Under the pieces are notes generated by a model. It was not told where the DNA came from. It ran no database searches and was given only the letters and a program-made list of their open reading frames with translations. Position numbers and translations under genes: made by a program. From assembly GCA_039934875.1 (NCBI GenBank), contig JBDTLH010000194.1:1-43176 (forward strand): a stretch of DNA of 43,176 bases, in the 5' to 3' direction. The stretch comes from Acidobacteriaceae bacterium (lineage in GTDB: Bacteria; Acidobacteriota; Terriglobia; Terriglobales; Acidobacteriaceae). Of this stretch, positions 34,741 to 42,589 are shown one piece after another (the first letter of the stretch is position 1; each line of letters starts with the position of its first letter).

Positions 34741-35802
34741 ATGAGCACGCATCGTTTTGGCTTTGGTATAGCGGGCTGGGTGGTTTTTTTGTCTTGGTTG
34801 CTGCTGCTCGCGGCCTGCAACCGTTCTCAACCGCTTCATGACAGGGATAGTTACCGGATTTATGTGACCAATGAGAGCTCGGGCGACCTGAGCATTCTTG
34901 GTTCATCCAGCAATAATCTGATTGCGACGGTGCCGCTGGGCAAACGTCCACGGGGCATTCATCCCAGCCCGGATGGGAGATTCATTTACGTGGCGTTGAC
35001 CGGGTCGCCCTATGCTCCCCCGGGGGTGGACGAGAGCAAGCTGCCGCCGGCGGACCGGACCGCGGATGGAATCGGGGTCTTCGACGTGAAGCAAAACAAG
35101 ATTGTTCGCGTGCTCAAGACGGGCCCCGACCCGGAGCAATTCGACGTGAGCAGCGACGGCAAGCTGCTGTTTGTCGCGAATGAAGATTCCGCGCAGGTCA
35201 CCATCGTGGATGTCCCCAGCGGCGCGATCAAGCAGACGCTGTCAGTGGGCGAAGAACCGGAGGGGGTGAAGGTTAGCCCTGACGGCAAGTCGGTTTACAT
35301 TACATCAGAAGGAACAGGGACGGTGGCAGTGCTCGATCCGGTGAGCATGAAGCTGATTACGACCTTCAAGGTAGGGCGACGCCCGCGAGCGATTGCGTTC
35401 CTGCCGGATGGGTCGCGCGCCTATGTCACCACAGAGAATGATGGAGCGGTGGCGCTGGTGGATGCGGTGCATCACAAATTGCTGAAGCTTATTCCGCTGG
35501 GGACGCCGGGAGTGGTGAAGCCGATGGATGTGCTGATTTCCTCCGATGGCAAGCAGGCATACATCAGTACCGGCCGAGGCCACAAGGTGTTCACCCTTGA
35601 CACCGCGACCAACCATGTTCTGTCATCGATCGAGGTGGGAGAACGCCCCTGGGGAATTGCCCTCTCCCCTGACGGCAAGATGCTCTACAGCGCCAACGGT
35701 CCTTCGAATGACGTATCGGTGATTGATCTAGCCAGGAACAAAGTTTTGAAGAAGATTCGCGTGGGGCGAGGGCCCTGGGGGGTTATCACGCTCTCGCAAT
35801 AG
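34741..35802 (+). CDS. YVTN-family seven-bladed beta-propeller lipoprotein
   Basis: Lipobox LLLAAC after the ATG at 34741 (the ORF track starts at 34699). Seven repeats of the YVTN type (IYVTNESSGDLSIL, LFVANEDSAQVTIVD, VYITSEGTGTVAVLD, AYVTTENDGAVALVD, AYISTGRGHKVFTLD, LYSANGPSNDVSVIDL). Confidence 0.75.
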   Translation: MSTHRFGFGIAGWVVFLSWLLLLAACNRSQPLHDRDSYRIYVTNESSGDLSILGSSSNNLIATVPLGKRPRGIHPSPDGRFIYVALTGSPYAPPGVDESKLPPADRTADGIGVFDVKQNKIVRVLKTGPDPEQFDVSSDGKLLFVANEDSAQVTIVDVPSGAIKQTLSVGEEPEGVKVSPDGKSVYITSEGTGTVAVLDPVSMKLITTFKVGRRPRAIAFLPDGSRAYVTTENDGAVALVDAVHHKLLKLIPLGTPGVVKPMDVLISSDGKQAYISTGRGHKVFTLDTATNHVLSSIEVGERPWGIALSPDGKMLYSANGPSNDVSVIDLARNKVLKKIRVGRGPWGVITLSQ

Positions 35803-36070
35803 ACTAATATAGTAAAGCTGGCGTGTAAGCTTTTGTAAATCCCGCTGTTTGCAGCGGATACTAGGTTGATCGTAGAGGATAATGAGAACGATCTACCAGG
35901 TACTCGATGTAGATTACTTAAGACACGACGGCAGATCGCTTTGTGAGACATCTCTGGCCAGAGCGGACTGCATCTCTAACAACAGCCCAGCAATTCAGCA
36001 GGTAACGCTGCGTGCGAGCGTGATGGAGATTGGTCCCTCTGAATTGAAGAAATAAGGAACACCGTTGACT

Positions 36071-38164
36071 ATGCCGAATTCAGGAACTTCCGCCAAGTAT
36101 CTGGTTATCTGCTTAAGCTTATTGTTTTGCGCGCTGCTGGTTTCGTGCGGTGGCGTCTCGAAGGTAACTCCGCCCCCTCCCTCGGGACCGACGATCAATG
36201 CATCGGCGTCGCCGACGTCGGTTACCGCTGGGCAAGCTAGCACGTTGACGTGGACCACGGCCAACGCCTCCGGGGTGACGATTGACAACGGCATCGGCGG
36301 CCAGGCGGCGAATGGCAATGTGAGCGTAAAGCCCACGGCGACGACCATTTACAATTTGACGGCGACCTCGGCGAGCGGGGCGACGGCGGCAACGGCGGTG
36401 ACGGTCACGGTGACGGGACCACCACCCCCAGCGATGCCAACAGTACAGTTTTCAGCCAATCCGAGCACCATAATCCGCGGGAACCCCGCCACGCTCACCT
36501 GGGCGACGACGAACGCGACCGGCTTCAGCATCGATAACGGAGTGGGCGGGCAGCCGGTGAATGGCAGCGTTCAAGTTTCACCGGGGGCAACGACGACCTA
36601 TACGGCGACTGCCACCGGGCCGGGAGGGACGTCGACCGGGCAAGCGAGCGTGACGGTGACGCCGGCGCCGAGCGGGAGCGCGGTGCTGATGCACCACAAC
36701 GACCTGGCGGGGGACGGGGCGAACCTGAACGAGACCATATTGACGCCGACAAACGTGAATGCGGCGACCTTCGGCAGGAAATACGCTCTGCCGGTGGACG
36801 GGCAGATTTATGCGCAGCCGCTTTACGTTCCCGGCGTAATGATGAATGGGACGGCGCACAATACGGTCTTTGTGGCGACACAGAACGACAGCGTTTATGC
36901 ATTTGATGCGGACAATGGCAGCCAGTTATGGCAGATGAGCCTGGGGACGGCGGTAAGCAATGACGATCCCGAAGGGGTGCAGCCGATACTGGGGATATTG
37001 AGCACGCCGGTGATCGACGCAAACAGCAACACCATGTATGTGACGGCGGTGACGACGGGACGAACACTAAAGCTGCACGCGCTGGACATCACTACCGGGG
37101 CGGAGAAGTCGGGCGGACCGGTGACGGTAACGGCAAGTGTTGCGGGCACGGGAGACGGCAGCGTGAACGGGATGGTTCCGCTCTCCAAGGGTTGTTACCA
37201 GCGGACCGCTTTGACACTGGCGAATGGCCGCGTGTATCTGGGCTTTGGGCACTGCAACCACGGATGGGTACTGGCGTATGATGCGGGCACACTGGCGCAG
37301 ACCCAGGCCTTCAATACCACGCCGAACGGGAAGGGCGGGTCCATTTGGATGGGAGATGCGGGGCCAGTGGTGGATTCGGATGGAAACCTGTACGTCATCA
37401 GCGCGGACGATGTTGACACCACCGCACCGGACTCGAAGGACTTTCCGGATGCATTTCTGAAGCTCACGGCGGATTTGGGGGTGCTGGATTCTTTCATTCC
37501 CTCGAATGAACGGTGGCTGGCCGCCAATGATGCGGACCTGGGCAGCGGCGCGCCGATTCTTATGCCCGATAATGGCTCCGCGCATCCGCATGAGGTGATC
37601 GGAGGCGGCAAGGATGGACGGGTGTTCGTGGTGGACCGCGACACGGGAAATATGGGCGGATATCATCCTGACCCCAATGGGCAAAACGATAATGTGCAGA
37701 CGGTGCAGACGGGCACGCAGCAGTTCGACAACATCTGGGGCGCGCCGGCATTTTTCAATGGGCTCATTTATTTCCATACGGAAAACGATGTGCTGAAGGC
37801 GTATAGCTGGAACGCGCAGGGGAATGCGGGTATGATATCGAGCCGCGCCGTCGCTAGCGGAGCCACAAATTATAGGCAACACGGCGCCAGCCCTTCGATC
37901 TCAGCGAATGGAACGAGCAACGGAATCGTATGGGACGTGGACAATTCCGGCTATCCTGACAACGGTGGTTCGGGCGGGACGCCGGCGGTGCTGCACGCGT
38001 ACGACGCCAGCGACGTTAGCAAGGAGCTGTACAACAGCAAACAAGCCCCGAATGGCCGGGACACGGCGGGACATGCCTGCAAGTTCAGCGTGCCTACGGT
38101 GACGGACGGCAAAGTTTTTGTGCCGACCTGCACGGAGCTCGATATATATGGGCTGCTGCCGTAG
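36071..38164 (+). CDS. lipoprotein with two tandem Ig-like domains and a PQQ-like beta-propeller
   Basis: Lipobox LLVSC. Two ~90-aa repeats (TLTWTTANASGVTIDNGIGGQAANGNVSVKPTATTIYNLTAT / TLTWATTNATGFSIDNGVGGQPVNGSVQVSPGATTTYTATAT). Then PQQ-type blades (VFVATQNDSVYAFDADNGSQLWQ). Start is ATG 36071 or TTG 36065. Confidence 0.7.
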   Translation: MPNSGTSAKYLVICLSLLFCALLVSCGGVSKVTPPPPSGPTINASASPTSVTAGQASTLTWTTANASGVTIDNGIGGQAANGNVSVKPTATTIYNLTATSASGATAATAVTVTVTGPPPPAMPTVQFSANPSTIIRGNPATLTWATTNATGFSIDNGVGGQPVNGSVQVSPGATTTYTATATGPGGTSTGQASVTVTPAPSGSAVLMHHNDLAGDGANLNETILTPTNVNAATFGRKYALPVDGQIYAQPLYVPGVMMNGTAHNTVFVATQNDSVYAFDADNGSQLWQMSLGTAVSNDDPEGVQPILGILSTPVIDANSNTMYVTAVTTGRTLKLHALDITTGAEKSGGPVTVTASVAGTGDGSVNGMVPLSKGCYQRTALTLANGRVYLGFGHCNHGWVLAYDAGTLAQTQAFNTTPNGKGGSIWMGDAGPVVDSDGNLYVISADDVDTTAPDSKDFPDAFLKLTADLGVLDSFIPSNERWLAANDADLGSGAPILMPDNGSAHPHEVIGGGKDGRVFVVDRDTGNMGGYHPDPNGQNDNVQTVQTGTQQFDNIWGAPAFFNGLIYFHTENDVLKAYSWNAQGNAGMISSRAVASGATNYRQHGASPSISANGTSNGIVWDVDNSGYPDNGGSGGTPAVLHAYDASDVSKELYNSKQAPNGRDTAGHACKFSVPTVTDGKVFVPTCTELDIYGLLP

Positions 38165-38212
38165 GGCAGTGACTGAGCAGAGCAAGACAGGGGCCCTTCG
38201 ACTCATTTTTGC

Positions 38213-38866
38213 CTAATAGCCGTTTGCGACTAGCATCTCCAGGGTGATGATGGATTTTCGTTCGCGCGCGGCGAGCAGTTGCTCGGCGTATTTTGCCAGG
38301 GGATCGATCTCTATGTTCACGCGGTCTCCTGCTTTTAGTGTCTTGATATTTGTCTGCTCATAAGTATGAGGAATGATGGCGACCTCGCATCCGGACGCGG
38401 AGACGGCGGCGACGGTGAGGGAGATGCCGTCGATGGTAATGCTTCCCTTCTGCGCGAGGTAACGACGTAATTCCTGGGGAACGGTGACGGCGACGCGCCA
38501 GGTTAGTGAGCTAGCTGCTCCGGACTCGTGCTCGAGTTTAGTGATGACGCCAACTGCGTCCACGTGCCCCTGGACGATGTGGCCGCCGAGGGGCGCGCCG
38601 GCGGGGGTAGGGAGTTCGAGGTTGACGACCTCTCCCGGGAAGAAATCACTGAGCGTAGAGCGCGTGAGGGTCTCTTCGAGCAGATCGGCGGAGAAGCTGG
38701 AGCGAGTGATGGCGACGGCGGTGAGGCAGACGCCGCTGACGCAGATGGAGCCGCCGAGTTTAAGCTGTGCGGCGAGCGGGGTTTGGATGGTGAGGCGGGC
38801 CGCGGCTTGGCGGTCGCGGGTGAGAGACGCGACAGTGCCGGTCTGTTCGATTATTCCGGTGAACAT
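38213..38866 (-). CDS. ribE: riboflavin synthase
   Basis: 217 aa. MFTGIIEQTGTV start and an internal duplicated lumazine-binding half (GHIVQGHVD). Overlaps the ribD stop by 16 nt. Confidence 0.9.
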   Translation of the reverse strand: MFTGIIEQTGTVASLTRDRQAAARLTIQTPLAAQLKLGGSICVSGVCLTAVAITRSSFSADLLEETLTRSTLSDFFPGEVVNLELPTPAGAPLGGHIVQGHVDAVGVITKLEHESGAASSLTWRVAVTVPQELRRYLAQKGSITIDGISLTVAAVSASGCEVAIIPHTYEQTNIKTLKAGDRVNIEIDPLAKYAEQLLAARERKSIITLEMLVANGY

Positions 38867-40047
38867 GGGGCGGCTCCCTGAGAACGATAAGGGTCGTGCA
38901 GATATCCGGTGATCAGTAAATCCTGTTCGATGCGCTGGGCGCGGAAGCGCTGCAACCGGGTTGGCGTGGATTGAGAGAAGGCGGAGAGCGCGCCGGAGCC
39001 GAGCAGGGTGGGAGCGATGTAGAGTGCGAGCTTGTCCACGATGTTGGCGTTGAGCGCGGAGGCGTATATCCGTGCTCCGCCTTCGATCAGAAGAGAGGTG
39101 ATCTGGCGAGCGGCGAGGGTTGCCAAGAGCACGTTCCAGAAATCATGTTGCGGGAGGGAGATGATTTCGGCGCCGCAGCTGCGGAGTTGCGCGGAGGATC
39201 CGGCGGCAGTGACGATCAGCAGATCATCTTTTGCGCCGGTGACAAGGCGAGAAGTGATTGGGGTGCGCAGTTGGCGGTCGAGCACGATATGCAGCAGCGG
39301 TCGGCGACGAGGCAGTCCGGTGCGGTCGGTGAGCCAGGGATCGTCGGCGATGACGGTGCCGACGCCGACGAGGATGGCATCGGAAGCGTGGCGAAGACCT
39401 TGAGCGTGGGTACGGGAGGCTTCGGAGGTGATCCAGGATGGGGAAGCACAGACAGGAATGTCTGTGCCACCGGAGGCAGATTTTGTGTCTGTGCCACTAG
39501 GAGATGAGGGACCACGGACAGGAGTGTCTGTGCCACGGGCGATTTTGGCGTCGAGCGACATTCCGGTTTTCAAGGTGACGAAAGGGATACCGGTGCGGAT
39601 CCATTTAGCGAAGGACTCATTGAGGAGACGGGCTTCGTCGGCCAAAAGGCCGAGTTCGACGGAGATGCCGGCGGCGCGAAGGCGCAGGAATCCGCGGCCG
39701 GAGACGGCGGGGTTGGGATCTTCGATTGCGCATACGACGCGCGAGATGCCCGCCGCGATGACGGCATCGGCGCAGGGACCAGTGCGTCCGGTGTGGGAGC
39801 AGGATTCGAGATTGAGATAGAGGGTCGAACCGTGCGCGGCCGGGCCGGCATCTTCGATGGCGAGCACTTCGGCGTGCTTGCGGAGGTCGTATATGTGAAT
39901 GCCGCGGCCGACCACGCGATCATCTTTGACCAGCACCGCGCCGACAGCGGGATTGGGGGAGACCATGCCGATTCCGGAGTGGGCGAGGGCGAGGGCTTCG
40001 CGCATGTATCGATGGTCGGCTGGCGAGAAGGCGTCCACGTCAGGCAA
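38851..40047 (-). CDS. ribD: bifunctional riboflavin biosynthesis deaminase/reductase RibD (with an unusual linker insertion)
   Basis: 398 aa. Deaminase zinc motifs HAEV...LESCSHTGRTGPC. Reductase domain WITSEASR...VGVGTVIADDP...LLIEGG. Overlaps the ftsY stop by 8 nt. Confidence 0.9.
   Translation of the reverse strand: MPDVDAFSPADHRYMREALALAHSGIGMVSPNPAVGAVLVKDDRVVGRGIHIYDLRKHAEVLAIEDAGPAAHGSTLYLNLESCSHTGRTGPCADAVIAAGISRVVCAIEDPNPAVSGRGFLRLRAAGISVELGLLADEARLLNESFAKWIRTGIPFVTLKTGMSLDAKIARGTDTPVRGPSSPSGTDTKSASGGTDIPVCASPSWITSEASRTHAQGLRHASDAILVGVGTVIADDPWLTDRTGLPRRRPLLHIVLDRQLRTPITSRLVTGAKDDLLIVTAAGSSAQLRSCGAEIISLPQHDFWNVLLATLAARQITSLLIEGGARIYASALNANIVDKLALYIAPTLLGSGALSAFSQSTPTRLQRFRAQRIEQDLLITGYLHDPYRSQGAAPCSPE
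39446..39536. repeat. three palindromic repeat units sharing TGTCTGTGCCAC, in frame inside ribD
   Basis: TGTCTGTGCCAC occurs at 39459-39470, 39486-39497 and 39525-39536. Unit 1 is a perfect 9-bp hairpin, GCACAGACA-GGAA-TGTCTGTGC (39446-39467). Unit 3 is an 8-bp hairpin with one G-U pair (39513-39532). Confidence 0.85.
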
Positions 40048-41026
40048 AGAGCGAATCCACGAAGGCCTGTGGATTGAAGGGCAGAAGGTCGGTTATCTTT
40101 TCGCCGACGCCGACGTAGCGCACGGGCAGCTTGAGTTCACGGCTGATGGCGACCACGATGCCTCCTTTGGCGGTGCCATCGAGCTTGGTGAGGACGATGC
40201 CGGTAACGCCGGCGGATTCGGTGAAGATGCGGGCCTGTTGCAGGCCGTTCTGTCCGGTGGTGGCGTCCATCACGAGCAGGACCTCGTGGGGAGCATCGGG
40301 GATAAAGCGCTGCGCGGTGCGTTTCATCTTTTCGAGTTCGGCCATGAGACCGGCTTTGTTGTGCAGGCGTCCAGCGGTATCGACCAGCAGATAATCTATG
40401 TTGCGCGATTGCGCGGCGTGCATGGCGTCGAAGAGCAGAGCGGAGGGATCGCCACCGGGCCGGGTCTTGATGAGTTCGACAGCGCTGCGCTGGCTCCAGA
40501 TTTCGAGCTGCTCGATGGCGGCGGCGCGAAAGGTGTCACCGGCGGCGAGCAGCACGGACTTGTTTTCCGCGCGCAGAAAGGCAGCGAGCTTGCCCAGAGT
40601 GGTGGTCTTTCCGGTACCATTGACGCCCACGACGAGGATGACTTCCGGACCTTCTACCTGTTTCGCGGGACGCTGGTTGACGACGTTGAGCAGCGTAAGG
40701 ATTTCTTCTTTGAGCAGGCGCTTGAGCTCCTCGAAGTTTTCAATCTGCTTGCGGGTGACTTTTTCTCGTAGTTTGGCAAGAACGTCCTGCACCGTCTCGG
40801 TACCGAGATCGGCGCTGACCAGGATGGCCTCCAGCTCGTCGAGGGTATATTGGTCGATCTCCCGATTGGCGGGAAGGATGTCTTCGATGCGCTCGCTGAG
40901 GTTCTCGCGGGTGCGGGTGACCGCCTCGCGCATGCGTCCGAAGAGGGTGCCTTTGCGCTGCTCGGCCTCGGCTTTCTGCTTCTCGAGATCGTCAAGGCTG
41001 CCGAAAAGAGTTTGAATTTTTGCCAT
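40040..41026 (-). CDS. ftsY: signal recognition particle receptor FtsY
   Basis: 328 aa. NG domain with [15 protein letters not shown] and [10 protein letters not shown]. Short N-terminal helical domain with no long acidic A domain. Confidence 0.9.
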   Translation of the reverse strand: MAKIQTLFGSLDDLEKQKAEAEQRKGTLFGRMREAVTRTRENLSERIEDILPANREIDQYTLDELEAILVSADLGTETVQDVLAKLREKVTRKQIENFEELKRLLKEEILTLLNVVNQRPAKQVEGPEVILVVGVNGTGKTTTLGKLAAFLRAENKSVLLAAGDTFRAAAIEQLEIWSQRSAVELIKTRPGGDPSALLFDAMHAAQSRNIDYLLVDTAGRLHNKAGLMAELEKMKRTAQRFIPDAPHEVLLVMDATTGQNGLQQARIFTESAGVTGIVLTKLDGTAKGGIVVAISRELKLPVRYVGVGEKITDLLPFNPQAFVDSLFA

Positions 41027-41213
41027 GGGCGAAACTTCGATTATAGAGGCTCGCGCAGGGAAACTCTGGTTAAGTCAGGCTGGCTGGGCAGGTTTCAGAG
41101 GCTGACGAAAGGCAAAAACTAAACGCTGCCGCGGGCGTTAAAGCGCCCTCATCTCTGGGTTGATGCCCGGAGGAAAGCCGGCGTTCCACCCAGGATGTTT
41201 CGCTGCGAAGGAG

Positions 41214-41882
41214 TTATTTGATGGGGGAGACGCTGGCGGCGACGATGGTGGTAATCACCACGGCGGCGCTGGAAGAGCCGACCGTCCATAATGCGAGGGG
41301 AGAGGTGCGAGTGCTGGGCAAGCTGTCGGCAGGAGTGACGGTCCCGATCGCTGCCTCGGTGGCGGCGATGGGCAGAGCATCCGCTGCCGGCTGAAATGCG
41401 GACCCGGCGGAGCAATCAGATTGTAGGTTAAGCGCTTTGCCTGACGCCAGGCGGGTATAGTGATTGCCTTGCGAGACCTTGAAAGAACCGCTCACGGCGG
41501 TCACGTTGATATTTCCGCGGGAGGCATTGAGGCGGTATTGCGCGTTGTGTGAGTCGGGGGTGATCAGCAAGTCACCGATTTTCGCCTGGATGCGGTCGCT
41601 GGTTTTGACGAAGGCGCCGCCACAGCCGAGGTGGAGTATGCCGTTGCGCAGCATGAGCGATGTATCGGCGGGCAAGGAGATGTTGTCGGCGGAGCTGACG
41701 ATCACGGCACTCCCGGCGCCGGTAGCGATTCTATCCCCTGGGTAAAAGACGGTGGAGCGATTGACAGCAGCCTCATTCACGGTGGCGTTGCCGCTTGCAT
41801 ATAAAATTCCACCGGGCTGAGCCGCATAGCCGATGGCGGATAGTGCAATCACGAAGATGACCAGCAGCATCTTGTTGAACAT
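41214..41882 (-). CDS. FecR-domain secreted protein
   Basis: I prefer the ATG at 41882 (MFNKMLLVIFVIALSAIGYAA signal); the ORF track starts at 41993. FecR-like core YPGDRIATGAGSAVIVSSADNISLPADTSLML. Hydrophobic C-terminal tail. Confidence 0.55.
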   Translation of the reverse strand: MFNKMLLVIFVIALSAIGYAAQPGGILYASGNATVNEAAVNRSTVFYPGDRIATGAGSAVIVSSADNISLPADTSLMLRNGILHLGCGGAFVKTSDRIQAKIGDLLITPDSHNAQYRLNASRGNINVTAVSGSFKVSQGNHYTRLASGKALNLQSDCSAGSAFQPAADALPIAATEAAIGTVTPADSLPSTRTSPLALWTVGSSSAAVVITTIVAASVSPIK

Positions 41883-42158
41883 GAAAGACTTACTCGACGC
41901 GAAGAAGTTGCATAGGTCCTGTGCCGCGGCGGCACAGGATGACATTTCAACAGGTACAGCGAGAATAGAACTGCTGTAGCCTGTATTCGGCACTGTATGT
42001 GCTTCGGCTCAGCGCAGATATAGGGGATTCAGCGGATGTTCCCGGGTATTCTGACCTTAAAGGTCTGCAAGCTGGCTCGTCCGAAGCAGAGGAGAGCGGT
42101 CGCGCTGCGGCGCGAATGCCCGCGGGGGCGCGGGCACACCGATTGCGCGATTCGCAGT

Positions 42159-42506
42159 TTATTTTTTGCCGGGGGTACTCTCTGGAGGATTAAATTCGAC
42201 GGTGAGGGATGCGCCGGAGCCTTGCATCACTTTGCCGGAGAGGCCTTGCGTTTCTTCGGGAGGGAGTCCGGCGAGTTCGCGCTTGCGGGCTTTGATTTCG
42301 CGCAGCAGGTCCAGGATATGGGCTTCGCCTTTTACATATTCCGCCTCTGTAATCTCGCCCGCATCCAATCGCATCTGCAGCTCGAGCAGTTCTTCTTTGA
42401 TGGGAGCTTCGTCGGTGTACTCCTCCATCGCGACTTTGAGCAGGGTGTTCATGACCGAGCGAAAGCCGGCGATGGGGAGCATGAGCAAGTCATCCAGCAG
42501 CAGCAT
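42159..42506 (-). CDS. gvpG: gas vesicle protein GvpG
   Basis: 115 aa. MLLLDDLLMLPIAGF...EEYTDEAPIKEELLELQMRLDAGEITEAEYVKGEAHILDLL matches the GvpG family pattern. Confidence 0.8.
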   Translation of the reverse strand: MLLLDDLLMLPIAGFRSVMNTLLKVAMEEYTDEAPIKEELLELQMRLDAGEITEAEYVKGEAHILDLLREIKARKRELAGLPPEETQGLSGKVMQGSGASLTVEFNPPESTPGKK

Positions 42507-42515
42507 CAGTCTTCC

Positions 42516-42589
42516 GTTCCGTGAAGGTCAGTTCGTGGTTCCGCGGGCGTCAGTTTGTCGTTCCGCGGGCGTCAGTTTGTCGTTCCGCG
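42516..42589. repeat. 22-bp tandem repeat, about 3.4 copies, spanning the gvpF/L stop and the gvpF/L-gvpG spacer
   Basis: gttccgtgaaggtcagttcgtg (42516-42537, degenerate). gttccgcgggcgtcagtttgtc twice, perfect (42538-42559 and 42560-42581). Partial copy gttccgcg (42582-42589). Confidence 0.9.

Noticed and set aside
31815-38164. Genomic island integrated at tRNA-Pro.
   Set aside because: No integrase, no direct repeat of the tRNA 3' end and no mobility genes appear in the window. Only the position and the accessory-looking gene content are suggestive.
41027-41213. FMN (RFN) riboswitch upstream of the ftsY-ribD-ribE operon.
   Set aside because: I could not find the conserved RFN core sequences by eye on the minus strand. 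This needs an Infernal scan to be definitive.
41214-41300. Hydrophobic C-terminal tail (SPLALWTVGSSSAAVVITTIVAASVSPIK) of the FecR-domain protein as a possible PEP-CTERM sorting signal.
   Set aside because: There is no PEP (or VPEP-like) tripeptide ahead of the hydrophobic stretch, and no terminal Arg/Lys cluster beyond a single Lys. It does not fit the exosortase substrate signature.
42516-42589. Tandem repeats here, at 31872-31915 and at 39446-39536, considered as a possible CRISPR array.
   Set aside because: The units are contiguous or separated by a short non-unique spacer. There are only 2-3 copies. Two of the three sets lie inside or across coding sequence, and no cas genes are present.
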